Source: Desulfobulbus propionicus DSM 2032 (GTDB lineage: Bacteria > Desulfobacterota > Desulfobulbia > Desulfobulbales > Desulfobulbaceae). From it: DNA of 32,000 nt. The translations under genes were made by a program, and so were the position numbers. The stretch is taken from contig NC_014972.1 in the NCBI RefSeq assembly GCF_000186885.1, positions 2,790,001 to 2,822,000 on the forward strand, read 5' to 3'. Below, piece by piece: positions 1 to 8,673 of this stretch. The notes under the pieces were generated by a model that was not told where the DNA came from, searched no databases, and saw nothing but the letters and a program-made list of their open reading frames with translations. How positions within the stretch are numbered: the first letter of the stretch is position 1; the number at the start of each line of letters is the position of its first letter.

Positions 1-2049
1 GCTGGCAGTACCCGTGATAAACGAATCCCAGGCCGAGGTCAGCCCGCCGGCGATCTGCTCGCCAATGTTCTCGCCGATGTAGATCATGACCTCGGCATCG
101 GTCTGCATCTTCTCCCTGGCCTTTTGAAATCCCAGAGAAAGCGCGGCCCCCATGTCGTCGCCGGCGGCAATCAGCTTCTCCCGCATCTCGTCGGCGGTGA
201 TCACGCCGGCGGCACCGGCGGCACGCACAGCCGCCCTGTACTGCTCAACCGAAGCCTGGCCGCGCCTCCACGCCTGTTCAACCTCGGCCATCCGTTCAGT
301 GGCCACCTGGGCCAGGTCCTCATGTTCCTGCTTGACCGCGTCGACCTGCATGGCGGCCAGTTCCGACTGAGCGCGGATGATATCGGCCTGGCTGGTGTTG
401 GAATCGGGCCGTGCGGCATCGACCTTCATGGCCTCGATTTCCTGACGCTTGAGGCTGAGGCGTTCCGCCATGATCTTTTTATCAATCGCCAGTTCCGCCT
501 CTGCCCGGGCCAGCTTGGTGCCGAGCTTCTCCGCCTCCAGTTTTTCCAGCTCCAGGGCGAGGATCTTCTCCTGGGAGGCGGCCCGCATTTTCTCGGACGC
601 GATCTTTCTTTGCTCCTCGTACTCCTTCTTGGCCTCGGTGGCGGCCTTCTTGGCGGCGGCTGCCGCTTCACGCTTGGCTTTCCCCTCCTCCTTGGAGGAC
701 TTTGTGGCAGCCTGCGAGGCAGCGGTCTGGACTCGGAACTGGGCCAGGGCCTCGACATTGGCTGCCTTCCTGGCTTTCTCCTTTTCCTCGAAAGCTACCC
801 GTTCGAGCATCGCCTGGGTGCGCTGATCCGCCGCCGCCTTGGCCGTGGCATCACGTTGCGCAAGGATGGAGTCAACCGAGGCGTCACGGGCCTGGTTGGC
901 AATCTTCAGTTCCCTGTCCAGATCGCTGGCAATCTGCCCGACATCGTAGGTGTCTCCCTGGGTGAACATCGCCGCGATGGTGAGCTTGAACGCCCTGGCC
1001 CGCGCCATCACCTTGTCGAACTCAGCAGCAACGTAGACGGTCACCAGGCCGATGAAGGCACGGACATTCTCCGGGAACCGTTCAAAGGCGTGAATCAACT
1101 CATCCACAACCTCCTGGCCTTGTTGGCCCAGATCCCCGGTAAAATCGCTCCACCAGCCACCAACAATATCGATGGTCTTTTTGATATCGTCCCCCCAGCC
1201 GGCAAACTGGGTGACAATGGCCCGGAGATAGCCTTCCAGCTGCCCCGAGGCGATCATGGCATTCAGCTCTTCCAGGGCATTGATACCAACTTGCACCCCA
1301 TCGGCGATCATGTTGCCGATTCCTGCCCGGGAGATGTTGAGGAAAACCTTGTTCCACTCATCAGCAAAATTCGACAGCTTGCCGTCGAGTTTTGCCATCC
1401 GGTTGGCCATGGCATCGCCGAAGTTGGTCTCGCCCAGCTTGATCAGATACTCCTCGATCTCCTTGGCGTTCTTGCCCACCGTGGTGGTGACTCCGCGAAA
1501 GGTGAAGCTGACCTTGTCGCCCTCGGAGCTGGCCTTGATGCCGAACTCCTTCAAGCGCTCGAACTCACCGGTGGCGGCATCGGCCACCGCCTCGATCATC
1601 TGGTTGAGATCCTTGCCCATCGATGCCGAAGTGTTGCCATAACTGGTCAAGGCCCGCTCCGATGGATCGAGCCCCATGTTCACCAGCTTGACAAATGCCT
1701 CAGACACCTGCGCCAAGTCGTATGGAGTCTTGGCGGCAAAGTCCTGGATGGCGGCAAAGGCAACCTCCGACTTCTCGGCGCTGCCGGTGGCTGTGATCAG
1801 GCCGGAGCTGATCTTGTCGAACTCGCGGGAGACAGTGACCAGCTTCTGCAGGCCAGCGGCGGCGGAGACCGTGGCGCCCAGGGCACGGAGCAGACCGCTC
1901 ACCGAGGACGTCAGGCCGTTGATGCCGGCATCGGCGCCCTTTGCTCCTGAGACAAAGGATTTGATCGCTCCCAGGGCACGATTGAACCCAGCCGTCAGCC
2001 CACGGTCGACCGCGCTGAGGACGATCTCTATTCTAGACTGGTTCGCCAT
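1..2049 (-). CDS. phage tail tape measure protein (N-terminal part, runs off left edge)
   Basis: Minus-strand open frame from ATG at 2049: MANQSRIEIVLSAVDRGLTAGFNRALGAIKSFVSGAKGADAGINGLTSSVSG...LQKLVTVSREFDKISSGLITATGSAEKSEVAFAAIQDFAAKTPYDLAQVSEAFVKLVNMGLDPSERALTSYGNTSASMGKDLNQMIEAVADAATGEFERLKEFGI, a classic tape-measure N-terminus. Absent from the ORF track because it has no stop inside the window. Confidence 0.9.
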   Translation of the reverse strand, partial: MANQSRIEIVLSAVDRGLTAGFNRALGAIKSFVSGAKGADAGINGLTSSVSGLLRALGATVSAAAGLQKLVTVSREFDKISSGLITATGSAEKSEVAFAAIQDFAAKTPYDLAQVSEAFVKLVNMGLDPSERALTSYGNTSASMGKDLNQMIEAVADAATGEFERLKEFGIKASSEGDKVSFTFRGVTTTVGKNAKEIEEYLIKLGETNFGDAMANRMAKLDGKLSNFADEWNKVFLNISRAGIGNMIADGVQVGINALEELNAMIASGQLEGYLRAIVTQFAGWGDDIKKTIDIVGGWWSDFTGDLGQQGQEVVDELIHAFERFPENVRAFIGLVTVYVAAEFDKVMARARAFKLTIAAMFTQGDTYDVGQIASDLDRELKIANQARDASVDSILAQRDATAKAAADQRTQAMLERVAFEEKEKARKAANVEALAQFRVQTAASQAATKSSKEEGKAKREAAAAAKKAATEAKKEYEEQRKIASEKMRAASQEKILALELEKLEAEKLGTKLARAEAELAIDKKIMAERLSLKRQEIEAMKVDAARPDSNTSQADIIRAQSELAAMQVDAVKQEHEDLAQVATERMAEVEQAWRRGQASVEQYRAAVRAAGAAGVITADEMREKLIAAGDDMGAALSLGFQKAREKMQTDAEVMIYIGENIGEQIAGGLTSAWDSFITGTAS

Positions 2050-2078
2050 CTACTTGCCTGTCAGTGCCGCCAATGCTC

Positions 2079-2504
2079 TCAGGAAGAAGCCGTAGCCGTA
2101 GTCCCAGACAAGGGGACCGTGGCCGGCGGTAATGAGGAGGCAAATTGCTCGGTCGAAATCTGCCCTATCCTGGACATTGCCTCGCGGAGTTCTCCCTCCA
2201 GAACCGGCTTCAGGCCGTCGATCAGGATATCGATCAGGCCGATCCGCCGGACCACTCCCAAAAAAGCGGCGTTGACCTCCTCAAAGCCTTGCCACAACTC
2301 CTCAATCTCCGAGGGATAGAGGTCGAGCAGGGCCTCGGCGGACAATTCCGGGCATGCCATGGCCAGCAGCCCCTGGCACCGGTTGAGTGCAGTTGCGGAT
2401 ATCTGCGCATCCTCGCCGTTGATCAGCTCCCAGATGGCTCGGGTCGGCAATTCCTTCAGAGTGAACGACCGCTGGCCGATCTGGATGGTTTTCGTTTTTT
2501 GCAT
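2079..2504 (-). CDS. putative tail assembly chaperone-like phage protein
   Basis: 141 aa ORF between the tube-like gene and the tape measure gene; assigned by position. Confidence 0.5.
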   Translation of the reverse strand: MQKTKTIQIGQRSFTLKELPTRAIWELINGEDAQISATALNRCQGLLAMACPELSAEALLDLYPSEIEELWQGFEEVNAAFLGVVRRIGLIDILIDGLKPVLEGELREAMSRIGQISTEQFASSLPPATVPLSGTTATASS

Positions 2505-2545
2505 GTTTTCTCTTTCTCCTTCATCGAACCTGACGGTTCAAATGA

Positions 2546-3283
2546 TCAGATCAGCTCAAACGGCCAGGACTTGCCGGCCGGGGTGATCATCTTGCCGCTG
2601 AAGGCCAGCTCCGGGAATCCTCCTTGCGCCAGCAAGTCGAAATCGCCATCGGCGCGGATCTGCGCCTGCCAGACTCGCAGCTTGACTTCATTCCCCTCGA
2701 CATAGTTCTTTCCGTCGAGATACAAGCCGACATTGATAACCGGAGAGGTGGCACCGGTGATTTTGAATCCACTGGCAGCGGCCTTGTCGCCACTGATATG
2801 CAATGTGTCTCCGTCGATCGCCGAGCTGAGAACACGGATCATGCCCATGCTGGTGTTGACTTCGTAATCCGTATTCGCGATGTAGGTCGTGGTATCGGTC
2901 TCATCCTTGACCGTGCAGGTGGTCAGATCGTTATGGCCGATGGGCACCCACTTATTGAGGATGCCGGTAATGGTCGCTGTATACGTTCCCGATGCGGCCG
3001 TGATATCCACGGCCGAGCCCATGAAGTAGGCTGCCACGATTTTGGGATCGTAGATGTTCAGGGAAAAGGAGATAGTGGCATCGGAGATCCTGGTGAACGA
3101 TTTTCCGATTTGCCCCAGGGTGTACTTGCCGTTTAGCTTTGCATCCAGGGTCTCTGTTTCCACCTTGGGAATCAGTTTGGTGGCGTTGCCGACCAGCTCA
3201 AAACCGGTCGAGACACCGGCAGCGGTGAGAAAATCGAAGTAGAGATCCCCACCGAGGATCATGCCTTGTTGTGCGGATTGCAT
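2546..3283 (-). CDS. putative phage tail tube protein
   Basis: 245 aa, beta-rich, position immediately upstream of chaperone/tape measure; MQSAQQGMILGGDLYFDFLTAAGVSTGFELVGNATKL... Confidence 0.6.
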   Translation of the reverse strand: MQSAQQGMILGGDLYFDFLTAAGVSTGFELVGNATKLIPKVETETLDAKLNGKYTLGQIGKSFTRISDATISFSLNIYDPKIVAAYFMGSAVDITAASGTYTATITGILNKWVPIGHNDLTTCTVKDETDTTTYIANTDYEVNTSMGMIRVLSSAIDGDTLHISGDKAAASGFKITGATSPVINVGLYLDGKNYVEGNEVKLRVWQAQIRADGDFDLLAQGGFPELAFSGKMITPAGKSWPFELI

Positions 3284-3310
3284 AGATGCCTCCTGGCCGC
3301 TTGGCCGTGG

Positions 3311-3709
3311 TTATAAAATCTTCTCCGGGACGACCTGCATGGTCACCCGGACGGTATAGATGAGCAGGGCTTCCTCTACCCCCTCGTAGCGGATCCGGGT
3401 CACGGTCGAGGGCAAACAACCCTGCGCTGCTGGCCGCCAGTCGGTGAGAGCCGGCCGGACCTGGTCGACCAGGTCATCCATCAAAGCCTGACCCTTGACC
3501 GGATCCAGATAACTGACCAGAAGCGCAATCTCCCATGTGAGCCGCCGCATGGCATAGGGCGAGTCGGTCACCTGTTCGTCGTCATAGAGGAAGAACACCG
3601 CCGAGGGCGGCGACTGCAGCGCCCGTTTGCTGAAGCCCCGTTCCACGGCCTTGAATGCGTCCAGCCCTTCAAGTCGGGCCTGAATGGCATTGCCGATGGT
3701 GGCCAGCAT
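3311..3709 (-). CDS. Mu gp37-like protein (tail terminator/completion candidate)
   Basis: 132 aa, MLATIGNAIQARLEGLDAFKAVERGF...; position after gp36-like gene. Confidence 0.55.
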   Translation of the reverse strand: MLATIGNAIQARLEGLDAFKAVERGFSKRALQSPPSAVFFLYDDEQVTDSPYAMRRLTWEIALLVSYLDPVKGQALMDDLVDQVRPALTDWRPAAQGCLPSTVTRIRYEGVEEALLIYTVRVTMQVVPEKIL

Positions 3710-4140
3710 CAGAGCCCCCTCATGGTGGTGCGGGTAAACAGCCGCTCGCTGCCCGGGGTGAGTCCGCTCAGGCTCTCGGTCGCAGTCGTGATCAATGCGG
3801 CATCGGCCCCCATGGAGGCCTCGCCGGTCTGCACCCGCTTGAGATAGGCAAGGGCCTGAGTCTGCCGATCCTTGACCGCCTGAGGCACCTCCACATGGGG
3901 CCGCCGGGAATAGAGGTTGTAGATGGCCAGGTCGACCGCGAAGGTAACCGCCAGCCCGGGTACCGGATAGAACGGCAGCTGGTAGCGGTCATGGCAATGG
4001 GCATCGATCAGGGCATCGGCGCCATTCAAGGCCCAATCGACCACGTCGGTATCAACCGTTCCGCTCTGGACGTCATCGGTCAGGGCAATCAGGTCCGACT
4101 CGGCCATCTGTTCCAGGATGTCGGCCAAGGTGGCGTACAT
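3709..4140 (-). CDS. Mu gp36-like protein (DUF1320 type)
   Basis: 143 aa, MYATLADILEQMAESDLIALTDD...VVDWALNGADALIDAHCHDRYQLPF, typical gp36-like pattern. Confidence 0.75.
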   Translation of the reverse strand: MYATLADILEQMAESDLIALTDDVQSGTVDTDVVDWALNGADALIDAHCHDRYQLPFYPVPGLAVTFAVDLAIYNLYSRRPHVEVPQAVKDRQTQALAYLKRVQTGEASMGADAALITTATESLSGLTPGSERLFTRTTMRGL

Positions 4141-4427
4141 CAGCTATTGCCTCCTGCTGGGGAATTATTGTTCTTCGAGTCCTCGGCGCCGTTCGTCGTG
4201 CCGTCTCCCGGAGCATTGCCTTCCGGCTCTTTGTCCTTGCCGTTCTTGCCCTTTGATCCCTTGGTCTCCTTGGGGGCTTCCGAAACCGTGACCACCAACA
4301 TTGGCTCCTTCTGCAAGGTCTTGAGTTCCTCGGTGGTGAATCGGTCATCCTCATAGGTGATCGGTGTCTGGCTATGGGCCAGACCGCACCGGCGGAAGCC
4401 CTCTTTCTTGCTCGTAATCGTGATCAT
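4140..4427 (-). CDS. Mu gp35 / HI1506-like protein
   Basis: 95 aa; FRRCGLAHSQTPITYEDDRFTTEELKTLQKEPMLVVTV matches the gp35-type pattern. Confidence 0.65.
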   Translation of the reverse strand: MITITSKKEGFRRCGLAHSQTPITYEDDRFTTEELKTLQKEPMLVVTVSEAPKETKGSKGKNGKDKEPEGNAPGDGTTNGAEDSKNNNSPAGGNS

Positions 4428-4466
4428 GCCGTTGTCTCCTTGATCGCTTGAAATTCAGGCCCTGGA

Positions 4467-5360
4467 TCAGGCCAGCCACGGCACCTTGAGCAGGTCGACC
4501 GCCTTGTAGTTGGTGTTGGAATCACCGCCGTTGATCAGCTGGGCCTCGATGATCTTCTTGGCCTTGCTGTAGTTGGACGGTCCAACCACCAGCAGGTTGG
4601 GCACCACGCCCAAGGGCTCACCCCAATCCTTCTTGAAGGCACCCATGGCGTCATAGGCGGCCTCGAAGTTGGTCGCATCCAGGGTGGCCTTGGACCCGAA
4701 GGCCATCTGCCAGAAACCGAAGCCGACGTTGCAGCGCGAGTCGACCCCGTAAAGGAAGGTCTTGCGCATGAACACGTTCTCATCGCGCTCCTGATTGAGC
4801 AGCACGAAGTTGGCCGCCTTGCGATCCTGGAAGATGATAGGTTTCAGGGGCCGGCGGGTATCGAGCAGGAACCAGGGGTTGCCCGATCCGGACTGGACGT
4901 TGGAGACCGAGGTGACGTTGCCATCCGCATCGAGCACCGGGTGATCCGAATCAAAGAAGTACTGGCCGTCATAACAGGGGGTGGCAAATCCCGCCGTCAT
5001 GAGGGCAAAGACCAGCTTGTCCGGATGGATCCGGGCCTCAAACCCCATGTTCTCCATCATGGGGGCGTAGATGCCGTACTGATCGTCTTCGATCCGGTCG
5101 CGATCCACGCCCACGGTCAACTCGAACGACTTGTTCTTGATCGAGTAGTCGTGCATGCTCAGGTTGTTGATGTGGCGATCGCCCACCCATTCCCGCATGC
5201 CCGGGATCTCGCCGATCCAACCGTAATCCTCGATCAGGGTGGTGGAGGGCACCCGGGTCGCCACCTGCTGCCATTGGGACTCGGCGTTGTCGAAGCCCCG
5301 CTGGTAGACCGCCTTGAAACCGCGATACATGCCGGCCAGGTTGCTGCTGTTAATGATCAT
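4467..5360 (-). CDS. Mu-like major head subunit gpT
   Basis: 297 aa, MIINSSNLAGMYRGFKAVYQRGFDNAESQWQQVATRVPSTTLIEDYGWIGEIPGMREWVGDR, characteristic gpT. Confidence 0.92.
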   Translation of the reverse strand: MIINSSNLAGMYRGFKAVYQRGFDNAESQWQQVATRVPSTTLIEDYGWIGEIPGMREWVGDRHINNLSMHDYSIKNKSFELTVGVDRDRIEDDQYGIYAPMMENMGFEARIHPDKLVFALMTAGFATPCYDGQYFFDSDHPVLDADGNVTSVSNVQSGSGNPWFLLDTRRPLKPIIFQDRKAANFVLLNQERDENVFMRKTFLYGVDSRCNVGFGFWQMAFGSKATLDATNFEAAYDAMGAFKKDWGEPLGVVPNLLVVGPSNYSKAKKIIEAQLINGGDSNTNYKAVDLLKVPWLA

Positions 5361-5393
5361 GAGTTGTTCTCCTCAGAAGTTGATGAATGTCGG

Positions 5394-5801
5394 TTAGCGC
5401 AGGTCGACCCAGACGCCCTGGCTGTCGACGTCAAAGACCTTGCCGGCCACGGACCGGGTCGAACTGCCGTTGGTCTTGGCCACGGTCTGGTCATCGACGA
5501 TGTAGCAGTCGTTACCGATATCGGCGGTGGTGATGGCATCGGTGGCGGTCGAGTTGGCAAACTGAAAGATGCCTTTGTCGATCTCCACGGTGACCGCCCC
5601 GGCCACGGCGCCGTTGGTCACCTGTTCGGCAAACCTTCCTACGCCTCGCAGGGTGGTGGCGGTGGCGCCGGGGGTAGCCCGGCCATTGGCATCCCGGGCC
5701 GCGAGTCCGCCGGCAAAGCAGATGACCGATGCGGCGACCGGCAGGGTGAGCTTGCGGCCGCTGCGCTCCTTGGTGTCTCTATCCTTGATCAATGCTGCCA
5801 T
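5394..5801 (-). CDS. small structural protein, possible head decoration protein
   Basis: 135 aa between gpT and gpI; Gly/Ala/Thr-rich beta pattern. Confidence 0.5.
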   Translation of the reverse strand: MAALIKDRDTKERSGRKLTLPVAASVICFAGGLAARDANGRATPGATATTLRGVGRFAEQVTNGAVAGAVTVEIDKGIFQFANSTATDAITTADIGNDCYIVDDQTVAKTNGSSTRSVAGKVFDVDSQGVWVDLR

Positions 5802-5831
5802 GGTGTGTTCCTCCTCAAATGATGCCGGCGA

Positions 5832-6806
5832 TTAGACGGCGGCCTTGTGGTATTCTTCTTCCGAAACGCCCAGCCGTTCACAGATGGTCCGCTCGTCGCT
5901 GTTCAGGGCCTTGCTCTCGGCCGGCACCTTCTTGCCGTCCAGACCGGAGGGATCACCGATGACCGGGGCTGCCTTACAGAAGTCGGCGAACCGCTGCAGC
6001 CCGCCTTCCTGCCGGCACTGGGCCTTGTGGTAGTCGACCGTGGCCGGGGTGATCTTGCCCTCGGTCAGCGCTGCATTGATCGCGGTCTCGATCTCGGTTT
6101 CGAGCTGCTCCTGCTTGAGGGCGGTAAGCGATTGCTCGGCATTGGTGGCCCGGGCCAGGGCCGCGTCATAGTCGGAGCGGGGCACAAACTTCTCCAGACT
6201 GGGATTCTCGGCCCGGTTGGTGGCTGTGGCCAGATCGGTTTTGAGAGCCGAGATCTTGGCCAGGGCCTGGTCCTGGGTGGCGTCTTCGGGCAGCGCCAGG
6301 GCTGCCAGCAGTGCTTTGAGCATAGGGGTCTCCTTGGGATCCTGGATCCCGGTGTGATGGTTGAGGGCCTGCAGGTTGAGGTTGGGCCGGTTGGTCAGGG
6401 CCACCGAGGTCAAACCGACGATCAGGCCGTTGTCTTTCTGGTAGAGGATCACGGGGCTCAGGTAGCGGTACTGTTTGCCGCCGACCAGGTCCTTGCCGCT
6501 GGCGTTCCACTCGACCCGGCCCCAAATGACGCCTTCCCGGTTCTGCAACTCCTTGATCCAGCCGGCTGCCGGCGCCGGTTCTCCCAGGGGTGCTTTCAGC
6601 TCGGTGGCATGCTCCAGGTCAATCGGCAGGTCCATGCCTTGGGCAATGAAGGCATCGAGGATCCCTTGGGGGTGGATGTTGTTCCAGGTCCGGCCGTCGC
6701 GTCCCGCAACCCGGCCCGCCGGGATCAATTCCACCCACTCGGGGACCGTGTTGTTTTGGAGCGCGATTTCGGTGCTGTTCAGTGCAATGTGCTGCGTGGT
6801 TGTCAT
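5832..6806 (-). CDS. Mu-like gpI head maturation protease/scaffold
   Basis: 324 aa, ELIPAGRVAGRDGRTWNNIHPQGILDAFIAQGMDLPIDLEHATELKAPLGEPAPAAGWI typical of Mu I protein. Confidence 0.9.
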   Translation of the reverse strand: MTTTQHIALNSTEIALQNNTVPEWVELIPAGRVAGRDGRTWNNIHPQGILDAFIAQGMDLPIDLEHATELKAPLGEPAPAAGWIKELQNREGVIWGRVEWNASGKDLVGGKQYRYLSPVILYQKDNGLIVGLTSVALTNRPNLNLQALNHHTGIQDPKETPMLKALLAALALPEDATQDQALAKISALKTDLATATNRAENPSLEKFVPRSDYDAALARATNAEQSLTALKQEQLETEIETAINAALTEGKITPATVDYHKAQCRQEGGLQRFADFCKAAPVIGDPSGLDGKKVPAESKALNSDERTICERLGVSEEEYHKAAV

Positions 6807-6917
6807 CCTTCCTCGCTGTTGTCCGGAACCGCGTTTAAAAACCGTTTAAAATTTTCTGTATTCGATTGGCAGGGTGCTGCGCGGCCCATGACCCGTATTG
6901 CCCCGTGAAAGAAAAAC

Positions 6918-6940
6918 AGGCCGTTTTGTTGGCTCGGCCT
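6918..6940 (-). terminator. rho-independent terminator candidate downstream of gpG
   Basis: Minus strand: AGGCCG-agccaacaaaa-CGGCCT followed by GTTTTTCTTT; begins at the gpG stop codon. Confidence 0.5.
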
Positions 6941-7470
6941 CAAAGGTCGAGCAATCGCTCCCGGATCAGCTCGATCACCATGGTTCGGTCCCGCTCCGCC
7001 AGGTCCATCTCGGTACCCCGGTTGAGCGCCAGGTACGGCCGGGCCGGGATGGTCACCTTGCGTCCGCGTCCGGCCTTGCCGCCCAGCTGGTGGATGGCCG
7101 CGTAGGGGATGTGCCCACCGGTCCCAATGCTGACGCTGGTTCGGCTGGCCTGGCTGTGCACCGACCCCTCCAGGTCACCGTGCTCCCACAGGATCCGCTT
7201 GCCGCTCAGGTAGCGTTTGCCCTTGGCCGAGAGGTAGCCGTTCTTCTTCCAGCCCTTGTTCCTGGCCAGCCCCAGGTGCAAGGTAACCTCCGAGAGCGGT
7301 GCCCAGGGGGTACCGTCCGGTGCGGACTGGGCCTTGAAATTCTCCCGCACCCGCCGCTCGTAGAAGGCACCGATCGCCTGCATGGTGGGTGTCAGGTCGG
7401 CGGCATTGGCCCGCAGTCGATTGAGCAGATTTTGAGTGTCCTGGTCGTTAATTTTGAGACTGATCTCCAT
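6940..7470 (-). CDS. Mu gpG-like virion morphogenesis protein
   Basis: 176 aa, MEISLKINDQDTQNLLNRL...GAFYERRVRENFKAQSAPDGTPWAPLSEVT...IPYAAIHQLGG. Confidence 0.85.
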   Translation of the reverse strand: MEISLKINDQDTQNLLNRLRANAADLTPTMQAIGAFYERRVRENFKAQSAPDGTPWAPLSEVTLHLGLARNKGWKKNGYLSAKGKRYLSGKRILWEHGDLEGSVHSQASRTSVSIGTGGHIPYAAIHQLGGKAGRGRKVTIPARPYLALNRGTEMDLAERDRTMVIELIRERLLDL

Positions 7471-7754
7471 TGTCAGACAGGTGCTCCGGTCTTATTATTC
7501 AGTTAAGGAATTCGTTGATTGGTTCTTGGAAGAACCAACCTCATCGACGTAATGTTGGATGCGATGAGGGCCAGGTGGTTCCCTCTCCTTCTTCCGCCTG
7601 GGTCAACGGATTTACTCCCGTAAACGATGATCCTCGTTAATCGGTGCGTTCCAAGCCTGCCGACGCTCTGACCAATAGCTGTTGTTGGAGTGCAAGGTGG
7701 GGGACTGGCGGCACGCCGGTTAACGAGTTTTTTTGTGCTATTTTCCCCCCACGC

Positions 7755-8501
7755 TCATCGAGCGATCCACTCTTCCAGCCCCATCTGCATGATCAGCTGC
7801 ATCCAGGCCTCGGCGATATCGTCGGGCAACCGCTGCATCTTCTCCAGCATGGCATCGGCCAGGTGCTCCTTGCCGGCCGTGGCCACGTTGTAATCCCAGC
7901 CCTTGTCGGGCAGGTCCTGCCAGTTTGCCGGCCGTGTTCTCTGTTCGGACCTGGCCGTCTCGTACTCGGCCCTGGTGGCAGCCACCACCCGGCACTTGCA
8001 GCCCCAGCCGTTGGGCGGATAGTTGATCTGCCAGAACGGATCGGTACGGGGCAGGATGATGCCGTCCATGGCCAGGTGGTTGGGCCGGGGATTGCGCACG
8101 CCATCGTTGTGCACGTATTTCAAGAAATCGATCCCAGCCGTTTCAAACTGCTGCCAGCGTCCGGCCTGGTAAGCGGTGTTGATGTTGGTCCGCCAGATCA
8201 AATCTGATCGCCAGGCAGGTCCACCGCCCTGGAGCTGCCAGCCATAGCGCTGTACCAAGGGTCGGAACTGCTGGCGGAACTCCCGGATGTCCATGCCTCC
8301 GGCAATGGCCCTGTCGGTCATCTGCCGCAATTCGTTCAAGAGGTCTGCCTGGTAGGCCCCGGCGCTCATGAACCCCTTGCCGTGTGCTTCGCCGGCCAGC
8401 TCATCCCACTTGGTCGTGGGGATATTGAGCTTGTCCCTGAACCAGGCACTGGCCTCGGCAAAGGGCAGGCGGAAAATCTGTTCGAACTCAGCGCTGTCCA
8501 T
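7755..8501 (-). CDS. Mu gpF-like head morphogenesis protein (SPP1 gp7-like minor head)
   Basis: 248 aa; IWRTNINTAYQAGRWQQFE...RPNHLAMDGIILPRTDPFWQINYPPNGWGCKCRV signature. Confidence 0.92.
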   Translation of the reverse strand: MDSAEFEQIFRLPFAEASAWFRDKLNIPTTKWDELAGEAHGKGFMSAGAYQADLLNELRQMTDRAIAGGMDIREFRQQFRPLVQRYGWQLQGGGPAWRSDLIWRTNINTAYQAGRWQQFETAGIDFLKYVHNDGVRNPRPNHLAMDGIILPRTDPFWQINYPPNGWGCKCRVVAATRAEYETARSEQRTRPANWQDLPDKGWDYNVATAGKEHLADAMLEKMQRLPDDIAEAWMQLIMQMGLEEWIAR

Positions 8502-8673
8502 GGTCGTGATACGGTTGTTCCCTGGCCAATCGCTCCAGTTCCCGCCAGTCGGCCGTCATTCGGGTCTCGGAAACCACAACCGGGCCTTCCTGGAAAAGCG
8601 GGCCGGCCAGGTACAGTCCCAAGATGACCGCCAGGAGCAGCAGGCCCGTCTGGATGCAACTCCAGGGGCTCAC
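8488..8673 (-). CDS. small single-TM phage protein, GTGA-coupled to the portal gene
   Basis: 61 aa, VSPWSCIQTGLLLLAVILGLYLAGPLFQEGPVVVSETRMTADWRELERLAREQPYHDHGQR; GTG start overlaps the portal stop (GTGA) and its end overlaps the gpF start. Confidence 0.6.
   Translation of the reverse strand: MSPWSCIQTGLLLLAVILGLYLAGPLFQEGPVVVSETRMTADWRELERLAREQPYHDHGQR

Noticed and set aside
124-1950. Longest plus-strand ORF at the left end (608 aa, MKSQRKRGPHVVAGGNQLL...)
   Set aside because: Low-complexity His/Gly/Leu-rich antisense shadow of the minus-strand tape measure gene, which reads as a recognisable phage protein.
2050-2504. Programmed frameshift in the tail assembly chaperone gene
   Set aside because: No second overlapping ORF is listed in the other minus frames and only 29 nt separate this gene from the tape measure, so I cannot support a G/GT-type extension.
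5847-6908. Plus-strand ORF 353 aa; similar large plus-strand ORFs at 4941-5822, 10277-11185, 11761-12645, 12539-13477 and 24442-25839
   Set aside because: All lie opposite well-recognised phage genes (I protease, gpT, terminase, gp27, MuA etc.) in high-GC sequence where antisense frames stay open; their translations look unnatural.
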